From: Eledone cirrhosa
Lineage: Eukaryota
Assembly: GCA_964016885.1 (NCBI GenBank)
Contig: OZ024743.1
Coordinates: 343,728,001-343,792,000 of the forward strand
Length of the DNA: 64,000 bases
Direction: 5' to 3'
Both the position numbers and the translations under genes were made by a program. Positions 44,434 to 59,554 of this stretch are shown one piece after another; position 1 is the first letter of the stretch, and every line of letters starts with the position of its first letter. A model generated the notes under the pieces. That model was not told the DNA's origin. It did no database searches and worked only from the letters and a program-made list of their open reading frames with translations.

Positions 44434-44502
44434 AAAAAGAGATGAAATCGAAAATGCAACTGGAGTCTTATTTTAAAAAAAAATATATATATTTATTTGG
44501 TT

Positions 44503-44540
44503 CCTTTACCGGTTTCGCAGTTCTTCTGCTTTTCAAAAGG
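44503..44540 (-). ncRNA. U3-A8 variant hammerhead (mirror arm)
   Basis: Reverse complement of 44611-44648 within the palindrome 44428-44723. Confidence 0.75.
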
Positions 44541-44610
44541 TGAGTTGAGATGGAGGGTCTGTGGTTTTTCTCAGATGTGAGAAAAACCACAGACCCTCCA
44601 TCTCAACTCA

Positions 44611-44648
44611 CCTTTTGAAAAGCAGAAGAACTGCGAAACCGGTAAAGG
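44611..44648 (+). ncRNA. U3-A8 variant type I hammerhead
   Basis: cctt-TTGAAAA-gcag aagaa ctgc-GAAAC-cg-GTA-aagg; palindromic ACCGGT. Confidence 0.78.
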
Positions 44649-44784
44649 AACCAAATAAATATATATATATTTTTTAAAAATAAGACTCCAGTTGCATTTT
44701 CGATTTCATCTCTTTTTCTTTATACTTTCACTCGTGTAGGACACCTCGGTTATTTTTCATTTTGTAAAAAAAACCTCACTTTCT

Positions 44785-44830
<46 letters not shown>

Positions 44831-44876
44831 GAATTGAAAATGCAATTGGAGTCTTTTAAGAATATTTATTTATTAA

Positions 44877-44913
44877 CTTTACCGGTTTCACAGTTCTTAT
44901 TCTTTTCAAAAGT
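44877..44913 (-). ncRNA. Degenerate U3-A8 hammerhead
   Basis: actt-TTGAAAA-gaataagaactgt-GAAAC-cg-GTA-aagt; stem II decayed. Confidence 0.5.
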
Positions 44914-45180
44914 AAAATTGAGATGGAGGGTTTGTGTTTCTGCTGTGGTTTGTCTCGCGAAACACAAACTTTCAAGGAAACCCTCAGGGAGACACTAGAT
45001 AGCATAGAGCTTCTCCCTCACCTTTAGGATTTTCAGGTTCTATATTGGAAAACCTATATATATATATATATATATATAGATAGATAGATAGATAGATACA
45101 TGTATATATATATAAGCTGAAGGAGACCATCACTAATCTATTAATGTCGATGTAATTCTTATATCGATATTATTTGGGCA

Positions 45181-45305
45181 TCCACTGATGAGTTTATAAG
45201 AGCCCGCTTGTGTATAAAACTATGGATATATATACAAGTTTCTACATAATCTGGAAATTATTTATCCCAAATTGTAGAAATCTTATAACGAAACGGCCGT
45301 CTGGA
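45181..45305 (+). ncRNA. Type I hammerhead with a stem II of about 100 nt
   Basis: tcca-CTGATGA-gt ttataaga..tcttataa c-GAAAC-ggcc-GTC-tgga. Confidence 0.88.
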
Positions 45306-45480
45306 AGGAAAGAGATATTTATTTATGTCTCATATAAAATGATACAACCAGCTATCCACGAAATACTGATTAGTTAGCACCCCAAACACTAAATTGGGAG
45401 AATACTTAGGTATATCCTAATGTTTGTTGAGTGAGATGGAGTTGGTCAGAGTATCGCTTAAGGCTTTCTCTGTTAATGTA

Positions 45481-45822
<342 letters not shown>

Positions 45823-45846
45823 TATATATATATATATATATATATA

Positions 45847-46194
45847 GTTAAAAGAATAGAGGTGTAACACACAAGTTATTATATATTGGTAAACGGAATA
45901 GAAAATGCTGACAAATTGTTCACAGTTGAAAAATGGTTTAATTAGGAATAAAAGAGTATTAGTGATTGTATGGGTTAGTATTCAGTTGTGGTTTTAAGTT
46001 TTTAAGTTTTTACCGGTTGCGCATTTCTAAATGCTTTTCAAAAATAATTTTGAGATAGAGTGTCCGTGCGGTAAAAACTTAAAAACTTAAAACCACAACT
46101 GAATACTAACCCATACAATCACTAATACTCTTTTATTCCTAATTAAACCATTTTTCAACTGTGAACAATTTGTCAGCATTTTCTATTCCGTTTA

Positions 46195-46199
<5 letters not shown>
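45847..46199 (-). mobile_element. Element with an inverted arm and a mutated U3-A8 hammerhead (about 46007-46044)
   Basis: TTGAAAA-gcattt ag aaatgc-GCAAC-cg-GTA; 46070-46199 mirrors about 45885-46013. Confidence 0.6.
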
Positions 46200-46276
<77 letters not shown>

Positions 46277-46647
46277 AAAGGTAAACAGAAATAACAACAC
46301 AATCGGTACAGTATATGGAAGGTATATATTAGTTTAACGCTTGATATAGCAGGAAGAGGGTCTTAACTATTCGGACGCTTATGTACACACACACACACCC
46401 ACAAATATATATAAATAGATACAGACATTTCCATACACGCAAACACACACATATATATACGTATATACATATATTTTTAAAACTTCATGGAACCTTAATA
46501 TATTCATTATATAACGTCCTTACTCAGTCCCACATTTTATACACCCTTTTTTCCTCAATCTCCACTTGTTTTATAACCCATATTTCTTAATGTTTTATTG
46601 TATGTATATATAGGGATTAGTGGCTAGTATAGGAAGATTAATAATAC

Positions 46648-46769
<122 letters not shown>

Positions 46770-46774
46770 GGAAA

Positions 46775-47854
<1,080 letters not shown>

Positions 47855-47975
47855 TATAAATAAAATGATAGTCCTGGCTTCTATTTCTAATTCTCCATTT
47901 TATTTATACATCACATATGCAACAACACAGCACGCCATTTTTCATTCCTATATATATATATATATATATATATAT

Positions 47976-48110
47976 ACCAGATGGACCATAACACACCAGA
48001 GTACTCAATACTTAGGGTAGTAGAGTGGGTAATAGGAAAATATTTAACTCTGACGGCAGAGCTCAAGCCGTCGAAACGGCTTGAGCTCTGCCGTCGGGGT
48101 TAAACATTTT

Positions 48111-48111
<1 letters not shown>
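47976..48111. mobile_element. Family F fragment with fold-back next to GAAA
   Basis: aagccgt-cgaa-acggctt centre; GAAAC-ggcttgagctctgcc-GTC-gggg. Confidence 0.7.
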
Positions 48112-48194
<83 letters not shown>

Positions 48195-48197
<3 letters not shown>

Positions 48198-49487
48198 CCC
48201 GGGTTCAATCGGGTGTAACCACAGTAAGTAAGGTACTCAATACATGTCTCCGCGAACACCTCGCCAAAATGGAACGTCTACTCTTCAAGTTCCTTTGGAA
48301 GAAACAGGCTTCCTTTGGAAGAAATTGGTGAGGCGATCGTTCTGCTGCCAACAACATTTCAACGGAAGGCTGGGCATGCGGTGGCTGATGATGCACAAAG
48401 ACCCGCTGAGGTTACGCCATCTCCAGGTATTCCTGACCGGTGAACCGGTGTGGTGGTAATTTGTGAGACAAGCTTTTCTGCAACTCGTCTCGCTAACGGA
48501 ACTTCAATCCTAGGTCAAGCGAAGACCGAAAATGGGCGCCTGGCACCTCGAGTAAACCCAGGCGCTCACAGTCTTCTATCAGGCGGACACGGCAATCAGT
48601 GTAGACTCCACGTCAACACTCTATAAAGGGTTAGTAGAGGATAAGTGCGACGACGTTCTCGGGGAGACTCTAGGCGTCGAATAGGATGAACTGACCAGTC
48701 TGTTCGGGAGGTATTTCCGTCCAGGATCTATGGATAACTTCCAGAGGTCTCTGGCCTGGCAGTGCTACCGAGAAACTCTACCAATTCGAGACAAGATCTA
48801 CAGGCACGGACGCCCTGGCAGGGATCCTGCCGAAAGGATCTGTCCAAGATGCGAGTGGGACATTGAAACCGTTCTGCACGCAATTGTTCAGTGCCCAGGG
48901 GTGGCTGACCTGTGGAACTATGTCGAATAGCTACTGTCACGTGTGGGACAAATCCAGTTGACAGCCAAGTCCATCGTGAGGATCACGCCGCCACCTTCAT
49001 TTAAAAACGAAGGAGAAGCGGTTTTCCTCTGTCTGGTGGCTATGGCGAAAGAGGTAATATGGTGGACGAGATTAAAAGGGCTGAGGACAGACACCTTCCT
49101 CTCCGGACAACTCATTCGCTTCTTTAAATACCACTTCACAAGGAAAATGACAGTAGAAGGTGAGGTGCTGCACCCCAGTAAATTCGCTGAAAAGTGGGTG
49201 AATATAGCGAAAATAGCCCGAGTGATTGGGCCTTTGCTGTATATAAACCTGTAGGTTGACGAAGACGAACGAGAGAAGACAGGAGCACTTACAAAACATG
49301 CTCTTGGAGTTGAGTGTGGTTCTATATAAGGGGTGTAAAACAACCTAATTGTAACGTTCCCCCTATTGGGAATTTCGATTGTTATTTATTATTTTATAAA
49401 TGTTAAAACTTTTGTTTACAGGCTTAAATGTAAAATCCCCGCCATACATTCTGTAATGTCCCATTTCTTGTGCGCCCTTTTGGCAAA

Positions 49488-49544
<57 letters not shown>

Positions 49545-49676
49545 CCCTCTATTGGGGAAAATCGATTAACTTTTAAATTGCATTTGTGATAATATTTTAC
49601 GCGTTTTTATTGTATGTAAACTGCACCCTTTGTATTTGTCCCCTTCTTTTGTGCCCTTGTGGCTAATAAAGAAACA

Positions 49677-49680
<4 letters not shown>
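48195..49680 (+). mobile_element. 5'-truncated L1/Tx1-clade LINE (decayed ORF2 C-terminus to 49254) with duplicated 3' end and (TATC)n tails
   Basis: FKFLW..GRLGM, WQCYRETLPIRDKIYRHG..CPRC..ETVLHAIVQCP. Confidence 0.85.
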
Positions 49681-49718
<38 letters not shown>

Positions 49719-49877
49719 CTGAATGCTATTGGTGCTTTGTTGTTGTTATCATTGTTGTTCTTGTCTGAAGGTAGATTCATTAGTAAATATACATAAATCG
49801 ATAGCTATAGATAGACAGGTAGGTAGGTAGATAGACAGTCAGATAGAGAACTAAATAGATATACAGAAAGATGGAGT

Positions 49878-49961
<84 letters not shown>

Positions 49962-49998
49962 GATAGAGAGAGAGATGCTTTGTCATTACAACAGCAGA

Positions 49999-50085
49999 GG
50001 TCCGACGAGCTTTTTATTCCAGAATCGGGCCAGATCGATACAGATATCGAACCTTGAGCTGATCAATAGCGAAACGCGCGTCACC
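49999..50085 (+). ncRNA. Hammerhead-like motif with C at position 4 and long stem II
   Basis: ggt-CCGACGA-gct..agc-GAAAC-gcgc-GTC-acc, then aataaa. Confidence 0.6.
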
Positions 50086-50397
50086 AATCAATAAACGTAA
50101 TGAAGGCTTAACAATTCGTCTATTATTGGCTGTATCGATAGAGGGTCGGGCGCCATGCTTTGCAGCACAGTTACGCCGAGGTTAACTTTGCCTTTCAACC
50201 TTACGGGGTCGATAAATAAAGTACCAGTAATGTATTGGGTAATTGCTGGCTTTGTGCCAAAAGTAGAAACAATTATTATATTACACTCTGTTTAGCTCTA
50301 CACCTCGCCACTGACGTGAACCTAAACATCGAGTGCTCACCTGGGGGAACCTACAGTAACTTCACGTTACACTCCCTGGATATATATATATATATAT

Positions 50398-51087
50398 CTA
50401 TCTTTCCGTTGCAATACCATCGTTGTTTGTTTACATGTCTCGCTCGTTTCACCCTATTTTACTTGTCCCAATAACTTTATTTAGTTATTGCTCGCACATA
50501 CCAGAGGTATATGATTTTGAAAGCGATGAAATACCAATGAAGGTTGGAAGATCACTGATGAAGGACTAATTTTATTCATATGTAACCCATGTGCAACCAC
50601 GCAGCACTCCCTTTTTCTTATATTTATATTTTTTCCTCAGCTGCGATTGCCTGTTTCTTTCTTACTGCTTCCCCTCTCTCTGTATCTCTCACCTTCTTTT
50701 TACCCCCTCTGCCAGTCACTCTCTCTCAGCTGGCCTCTTCCTCGCACTTCCACTCACTCACTCTCTGCTTCTCCCCCTCTCTTACTTCCTCCCGTTTGAC
50801 TTGTGTGAAATCCTTTTCTCGCTCACATCTCACCCAAGTCGGATGGTCTGTATCTCTCGTCCATGATTTCACCAAGCTTAAGCTTACAGATATAATGTAC
50901 TTGTCTCTTCCTATCTTTCCGCTGCAATACCATCTTTGTTTGTTTACATGTCTCGCTCGTTTCACCCTATTTTACTTGTCCCAATAACTTTATTTAGTTA
51001 TTGCTCACACCAACCAGAGGTATATGATTTCTAAAGCGATGAAATACCAATGAAGGTTGGAAGATCACTGATGAAGGACTAATTTTA

Positions 51088-51095
<8 letters not shown>
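50398..51095 (+). repeat. Direct repeat of about 185 bp at a period of about 511 bp, between (TA)n tracts
   Basis: ctatctttccg(t/c)tgcaataccatc..cactgatgaaggactaattttattcata occurs twice. Confidence 0.8.
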
Positions 51096-51129
<34 letters not shown>

Positions 51130-51356
51130 TATATAAATGAAAGTTAGAGTTAATAACTCTTACTGAAACCCTGTAATGAATAAGCTCCAAGCATAAATAC
51201 TGAGCATTATAATAATAATATGTAGTAAGGCGGTTTGTATAATATAATTTTATTTTACTTTATCATTCTGTCTGCTTCATGGTTACATTTTTCAAACAAA
51301 TGTGGACTTTCAACCCTCGTAATATTAGACACACGGTTTACTGTGTTTCTTACTAC

Positions 51357-51490
<134 letters not shown>

Positions 51491-52699
51491 AAGAGAACCT
51501 CAAATTTCCACTTCCCAGACAAATCTAGTAGAAAAATGTTTGTCACACACATGAACAAGGAATTTGTTATTATATATATTAGAATATGTGCATAAAATAT
51601 TATGGGAACTCAATACTTTTAGGTAGAAGGTAAATTTAATTTTCTAAGTAGAAAAGTGATAGTGACTTCGAAGTTTGAGCTTAGTCTTTTCCTCTGACTG
51701 CAACATATGGTGCGATATCATACTTTCTTGAAGTATATTTCTGGAAGTCTGGGTAATAGTGATAAGTAGGAGGATTGGAAAATCTATTTGTGATGGGGTA
51801 CCAAATGTATATATATGTTCGATGGTTAATTGATTTTTATTAGGTTCCTTATGTGTATGATTGTGTGTATGTGTGTGTGTGTGTGTGTATGTTTTTTATT
51901 TTTGCTTATGGTATGTGGGTACTTAAAGTGATGGATTTATATATAAAAGGAGAGAAATCTCACAATAAAAATCAATTAGCATACTGACATATCATTTGCA
52001 GGTTTAGAATAGTATTTGGACAGGAAATTAGCAATTTCAAATCATACCAGGGTCATTTTATTTTCATCGGTAAGGGTCTTCGATCACAATTTCTTACAAG
52101 AAATTTTAGAAGCAGAGAACAGTGGATTATATGACTCTCAGTACTTAACAAGTGGTGACAAAAACAGTGAGGTGAACACTTAGACAGATACAATAATATC
52201 AGATCTTGAATTCAGATCTTGTCCTCGCAAATATGGTGTCCACCGTTTGAATCGCGACAAGTTGACAATGTCTCAGACATCTATGGTGAGTAGTTGGGTT
52301 ATGTTCGCAATGTTGCGTATTCGTTAGTTGGAGCCGGCTCAACTCATTTCGGGTGAACATCAATATAAGTAAGTAAAGTTTCCTCTAATCGTTTTTCTGG
52401 AGGCTGGAGATCGCACAGTGACTCAGACAAAATCTTCTCAGAGATGATTTGGAAGCAGTTGAGCAACATTCAAGCAAAGGTTCTTTCCTGCAATAGAAAG
52501 CGAAAATAAGCTATTAAAGTTTGCTACAGATGCTGGTCTACTTTCTTGAAGATGGTAAATATAATAGCATTTTTCATATTCGCGGATGTTCTTTGGACCT
52601 CTCAGCTGAGATAACTATTAGCTATATAAAAAAGAAAAATGAAGATTAGTTTGACGACTATAAAGACGAAATCGCGGATTTCATCAATGTAAAACGAGA

Positions 52700-52990
52700 A
52701 ACTCACTTTTCCCTTGATAAAGATCCAACATCCACTGCTACGAAAACTCGATTTTAGTAGCTCAAGCAGAAATGTCAGACTGGAATTACAGAGATACAGA
52801 ACCAAAGAAATTTTAAAATATGCAAATACTCGAGACCTACGAAACTACACTGAAGCTAAATAGCTGTAACAACAGACCTTTCATAAGGAACACAGAAAAA
52901 CAGCCGACGATACAAACATCTTCACAAACAGCAAGAATATTTTAAAAGAATATTTCAGTCAACTCCTAAACATGTATTCCACCATCGCTG
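52700..52990 (+). pseudogene. Possible highly decayed RTE-clade LINE fragment
   Basis: ILKEYFSQLLN resembles the RTE W.EHF..LLN motif; nothing else recognisable. Confidence 0.3.
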
Positions 52991-53980
52991 GCAGCTTTCT
53001 TCGTAACGTGTATTAACAACCTTAGATATCAGATTCACGAAAGTATCGTGAACTCACTAACACAATGAAATAAACTGGAATAAATGCTACAAATCAATCT
53101 ATGTAATATGGGTTTAATATTATACTATTTCTATATTAACTTTAGCTGTTTTTTAAACTATAGGTAAAAATCTACCTTCATTGAAGATGGTATATAGGGC
53201 TTGTGATGTGATATAAACTGTATTTTACGACAGTCTTTTTTTTATACCCCGTTGAACTAATTCAGTTAAGTGAATAGGATCATTCTAGTTATTACTTAAT
53301 GAATTGAAAACCTGCGTCCTGGTTAAACTCTATATGAGACAACAGAATCTGGTAAACAGCAGAACACAAAGAATAAAATGGGGTCAGGTAAACAAATCCT
53401 AGTAACAAATTGGCAGAATCGTTGGAGCGTCGGCAAAATTTCTTGCGGTATTTGTTCAAACTCTTGCCAAGGGCAACTTTGATCTTCATCCTTCGGAGTC
53501 AATAAAATTTAGTACCAGTTAAGTACTGAGGGTAATAAAATCCACTGTTCTCTACCTCTAAATTTTGCTTGTGTAAAACAATTATGTGATCGAAGACCTT
53601 GGCCGATGAAAATAAAATGACCTTGGTATGATTAGAACTCAGGATAGAGAAGGTTGAAACTAAATACAGTTTAGAACTGTATTCGATAACTCTACTGTTT
53701 CTGCCACATCGACATCCGAAAGCGTATTTATATTGACAGAATAAAACTATTTAAAATTGAAACTTTAACCTTCCAGATCAGTGTGTGGATATTTAGCATT
53801 GAGCAAAATCTGTTAGATTTTCCAGTGAATCAAAGTATTTAAAAAACTACATTAATTAGTTAAATAAAGCGACAACAATAGCAGCAACAACAAATAATAA
53901 ACCCTTTTTTATATTAGATATAAGAATACTTGGCGTAGGTAGTGGACGAGGATATGCATGAATGGAACACAAGAATTAAG

Positions 53981-54035
<55 letters not shown>

Positions 54036-54850
54036 CCTGATAAAACAACAGAACATACTATTAACTAAAATAGAAAATATACAACGGAAACTTAGGAAGA
54101 GAAACTCATTCAAAATGGCGTTTTTTCTCCATTCTTTTCTTTACCGTTAGTTTGTTTGTATGTATGAAGAAGCAGACGACTTTTATGTGTGATTTGATGA
54201 TGGTGAATTTAGATGAACAAGCTTAAATTCAAATTAACATGCTCTGAAAATGTTAAGTAGGAATTAAACCTCATACAAAGAGAATGAAACAGTTTAGAAA
54301 AAGGGGGATTGAATTCTAAAGAACACAGAAAGGAAAAATAAAATAAAATATAAACGGATCACACACACATACACATACAGGAAAAAACAAACAAAAGAAG
54401 TTATAAAAATTAGAAACAACGATACAAAAATGAATAAAATCGCAACAAAAATTCTGAAAAGAATTAAGATCGAAATAAAATGAAATAAAATGAAATACAA
54501 CCAAGGTGGAATAACTGTGGTGGAATTAAGTTAAATTTGAATAAAATAGGACAGCAAAATATGGAGAAATCTTGGAAACGTGACTGGCGACAGACAGGAA
54601 GTATCAATTGAGTGTAATTTAGTTGTAATCAAGGTAGTGCTTTAGAAATACTAGTCCAATTCTATTCTGCTTTGTCTTGAGTAAAAAAAAAAAAGACGTA
54701 TCACCGACGCTCTGATTTTATGCGATAAGCAAAAGATGCTAACGAAAAATACTGGTACAGCCTCGTAAACCTTGCAAGGTGATATCTTACAGGGAACGTG
54801 TGACTGGACACACACACACACACACGCGTGCGCGCGCACGCACACACGCA

Positions 54851-54926
<76 letters not shown>

Positions 54927-55649
54927 CTTCTCTCTCTCTCCCCACACATATATACTTTTTTTAAATGTTATAGTTTTACTGTTTATTATTATCATTACCC
55001 TTGTTAAAAATCTTGGTAAATGATGACTGATTTATATCCAATGATTAAAGCAGAATTAAAGTGGTATTTAAAAGGAAATTTAATGCCTCACTGAAACAGT
55101 ACGGGTTAGATTTGACAGCGACTTGTATAAGGAGCTATTCATTATGGCTATCACCACTAGTGTAAAACTATCTGTTCACTGTCTTGGGGACCCTGATCTG
55201 CCAGTGAAGATTTAATTAATTAACTTCCTTTAACCTTACCAATCTCCCATGTATTCACTGTCATCTCCTTTAATGATGCTTTTTTTAAATAAGCGAGAAC
55301 AAACATTTTACTGTAATGTCCAAGTAGCTGAGCATTCCACAGACATGTGCATTCATGACATAATTCTTAGGGAAATTTAGTGGGACATTATGTGACAAGG
55401 TTGGCCCTTTGAATTACATGTACAACTAATTTTTCATAACTTAGTGAACTGTAGCAACGTAAAATAATGTGTCTTTCTCAAAGACAAAACGCACTACCGC
55501 GAATCAAACTCACAATCTTACAATGGAGAGCTGAACACACTAACTATTAAGCTAACTGAAAATACCACAGCTCTACCTTTTCAGGAATCAGTGTTCCATC
55601 AATCCACTTGATATAACGATTGATATTCAGGTTGACTTCGTATCACCAT

Positions 55650-56350
55650 CCAAAACTCTTTATTGTAAGTTCCGAAAACCATGGGGTGTCTTCTCAATTT
55701 ATCTGAAATCACGTTTTACGAGGAACACAAATTTACTCTTCTTTGCCGGATACTTTATGCGAGTCTATGAAATAAACTTCTAGGGATTTCGTAAATATCC
55801 ACCCATCTGCTCTTTCTGGATTGACACGATTATTAAATCCTCCATAAAAACCATCAGCAATCTTTGAATACTCTACAACACACCGAGTCAAAACCTCGAT
55901 CCTTACCACGAAGAGAAGTGGTGAGCCAGAACATTCCATAAGGATCCCTATCTGCAGAGACTGCCATTCTATGGCCTACGAGTATGCCGTGAAAGCATTT
56001 ATGAATTCCTAATAGTAGTTCCACACCACAACCCCGATCACTCCAGGAACCTAGAGAAACACCAGGGTAAATTTCGAGTAATTATGAGAAACTGAGCCAT
56101 CTAGATATTATGAAGGTGATACCAATATCCCCCTTATCCTTCTTCCACAACTGACTGGACACCCAAATAATTTGTAAATACTCAATGCATTGTGTAAATC
56201 CTGGAATCCCAACCTTCTGCTCATATGTATCCACGAATTTGTTCTTCATTACAAAATCCACCAGCCTATGTTCCAAGACATTTATCAAATTCTCCCTATC
56301 AACATAGATGTATGATTTTATTCTCCTTAGCTTCCTTCATCTTTGGCATG
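55650..56350 (-). pseudogene. Decayed R2-superfamily (Hero/NeSL-like) RT fragment
   Basis: QKVGIPGFTQCIEY..IW..KKDKGD and EWQSLQIGILMECSGSPLLFV. Confidence 0.7.
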
Positions 56351-57069
56351 AAGACTCTTTTCGCAAGAGGTGTACATACATAAGTTCATACACCCCCCCC
56401 CCCACGCGCGCACAGACCCCCCCCCCCCACACACACACTCCAAAACAAGTAAGCTGGCAATTGATCACAACAAACATCGTGGATATCTATCGAGAATAGA
56501 CATACTTTTGGGACGGCTACATATTATCGGTCAAGTAGTTAGAAAAGAGAAGTATAACATAATATTATATGAGCATAGTGTATGAGCTGTTACTTGTCCG
56601 GCCACAGATAATTTTGCAACGTTGAAGGACAGCTATAGAGTAAGAGGTAAAACAACTACAAAAACAAAAAAAAAAAATAAAGCCAAGCTTGCTATTTATC
56701 TGTATCATGAAGACTTTAAAGGGCGTCTTGTGAAGACCCTTACTTTTCTTTCCCCATTCTCTTTATTTTCCCCCTTCTGTCTTTTATAGAAGCTGAAAAG
56801 TCAATAATATCTTCTAGAAAATTACATTAGGAAGCGCTTGAAAGCAAGCAAATAGAAATAGAATGGAACGGAATCGAATCGAATCGAATAAGTGTAAGCA
56901 TAAGGAAGAACAGCAAAGAAAATGATAGCTGGTAATTTGGTGTATGCCTGGCGCCAACTGGAACATTCGCGAACAATGAGAGAAATCGACTGATGTAATA
57001 TGACAGGTAGTCCATTAAAATTTGGACATTGATATTTCGATACTGGATCTGATGTGAAATAAAATCATT

Positions 57070-58050
57070 AAGGAATGGAAGGATAGAATGAAAAAGAAGG
57101 AAAAAGAAGAAGGACGAAGAAGCAGCAGAAGGAAGAAGAATGAGGTGAAGGAAGAAAGGAAGGAGAAGAGGAGGAAGGAGAATAATAAGGAAGGGGAAGA
57201 GGAAGGAGAAGGGAGGAAGGAGAAAGGGAGGTAGGAGAAGAGGAGGAAGAATAATGGGAGGAAGGAGGAGGGTAGGAAAATAAGGGAGGAAGGTGAGGGG
57301 AGGTAGGAGAGGAGGAGGAAGGTGAAGGGGAGGAAGGAGAATGGGAGGAAGCAGAATGGAAGGAAGGAGAAGGGGAGGAAGGAGAAGGGGAGGTAGGAGA
57401 AGATGAAGAAGGAGAGGAGGAGGAATGAGAAGGGGAGGTAGTAGACGGGGGGGGGGTAGGAGAAGAGGAGGAAGGAGAGGAGGAGGGAGGTGAAGAGAAG
57501 GAAGGAGAAGGGGAGGGATGGAGAAGGGGATGAAGGAGAAGGGAGGTAGGAGAAGAGGAGGAAGAATAATGGGAGGAAAAAGAAGGGAGGAAGGTGAGGG
57601 GAGGTAGGAGAGGAGGAGGAAGGTGAAGGGGAGGAAGGAGAATGGGAGGAAGCAGAATGGAAGGAAGGAGAGGAGGAGGAAGGAGAAGGGGAGGTAGGAG
57701 AAGATGAGGAAGGAGAGGAGGAGGAAGGAGTAGGGGAGGAAGTAAACGGGGGGGGGGTAGGAGAAGAGGAGGAAGGAGAGGAGGAGGAGGAAGGAGAAGG
57801 GAGGAAGGAGAAGGGGTGGTAGGAGAAGATGAGGAAGGAGGAGGGGAGGAAGAAAGGAAGGAAAAAGAAAAAAAAAGTTACCGATGGAAGAAGAGGAATC
57901 GGAGGCAGAAGGAAGAAAAAGAGGAGGAAAGAGACGAAGAAGGAGAAAGAGAAGGAAGAAGAATGAGATAAAAGAAGGAAGAAGAAAAAAGAAGACGAAG
58001 AAGAGGAAGGGAAAAGAAGACGAGAAAAAAGAGCAGAAGCAATATGGAAG
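57070..58050. repeat. Polypurine (GGA/AGG) tract with an internal duplication of about 300 bp
   Basis: gtaggagaagaggaggaagaataatgggagga at about 57231 and 57546. Confidence 0.9.
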
Positions 58051-58062
58051 AAAAAACCTCAT

Positions 58063-58560
58063 TGATAATAATTGTTTCTACTTTTGGCACAAGGCCAGCA
58101 ATTACCCCAGTGTATTACTGGTACTTTATTTTATCGATCTCGTAAGGATGAAAGGCAAAGCTAACATTGGCGGGATTTGAACCCCAGTACGTAAAGGGCC
58201 ATAACTCTATGTTGCAGAGCATGGCGTCAGACGCTCTATCGATATTGCCACCCAACTACCAATCCACCACCCAACGTCATCGATAATAATTGTTTCTACT
58301 TTTGGCACAAGGCCATCCATTTTCCCCAGTACATTACTGGTACTTTATTTTATCGACCCCGTAAGGAAGAAAGGCAAAGTTAATCTCGGCGGGATTTGAA
58401 CTCAGAACATAAAGGGAGGTAACTCTATGCTTCAAAGCATGGCGTCAGACTCTCTACCGGTACTGCCAATCCAACCTCATTGATAATAATTGTTTCTACT
58501 TTAGGCACAAGGCCAGCAATTATCCCAGTGTATTACTGCTACTTTATTTTATCGACCCCG
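58063..58560 (-). mobile_element. Three tandem Nin-type SINEs, the last truncated
   Basis: ataataattgtttctacttt(t/a)ggcacaaggcca at about 58065, 58283 and 58483. Confidence 0.85.
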
Positions 58561-58564
58561 ATTG

Positions 58565-59450
58565 ATAATGATAGCGGTCATGATGATGATTATGTTGATG
58601 TTGATAATATGATGATAATGATGGTGATGATGACGACGATGATGATGATGATGGTGACGACGATGGTGATGATAATGGTGACGACGATGGTGATGGTGAT
58701 GGTGACGACGATGGTGATGGTGATGGTGACGACGATGGTGATGATGATGGTGACGACGATGGTGATGGTGATGATGACGACGATGGTGATGATGATGGTG
58801 ACGACGATGGTGATGATGATGGTGACGACGATGGTGATGGTGATGATGACGACGATGGTGATGATGATGGTGACGACGATGGTGATGGTGATGATGACGA
58901 CGATGGTGATGATGATGATGGTGACGACGATGGTGATGGTGATGATGACGACGATGGTGATGATGATGATGGTGACGACGATGGTGATGGTGATGATGAC
59001 GACGATGGTGATGATGATGGTGACGACGATGGTGATGGTGATGATGACGACGATGGTGATGGTGATGATGACGACGATGGTGATGATGATAATGGTGACG
59101 ACGATGGTGATGGTGACGACGATGGTGATGATGATGGTGACGTCGACGATGATGATGATAATGGTGACGACGATGGTGATGATAATGGTGACGACGATGA
59201 TGATGGTGATGATGACGACGATGGTGATGATGATAATGGTGACGACGATGGTGATGGTGATGGTGACGACGATGGTGATGATGATGGTGACGACGATGGT
59301 GATGGTGATGGTGATGGTGGTGATGATGATAATGGTGACGACGATGGTGATGGTGATGATGACGACGATGGTGATGGTGATGATGACGACGATGGTGATG
59401 GTGATGGTGACGACGATGGTGATGATGATGGTGACGACGATGGTGATGAA
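58565..59450. repeat. Compound (ATG/GTG/ACG)n trinucleotide satellite
   Basis: Direct reading. Confidence 0.92.
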
Positions 59451-59554
59451 TAGGAAGACAAGAAACAAAAGAAAAGGTGTAAAGAAGTAGTAAATGTGGT
59501 AGGTGTGTGTTGGAGTGGCAGTGGGGTGGTGGTGAGAGTAGTCGTAGTGAGGGT

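Noticed and set aside
50545-50580. CTGATGA as a hammerhead core
   Set aside because: No stem II-GAAA partner or stem I found
52215-52290. Possible host exon ending in ATG|GTGAGT
   Set aside because: Weak acceptor, no recognisable protein similarity, no partner exons
56827-59490. Leu/Pro-, Met/Val/Thr- and Ser/Pro-rich ORFs
   Set aside because: Translations of simple repeats that are open in several frames and strands
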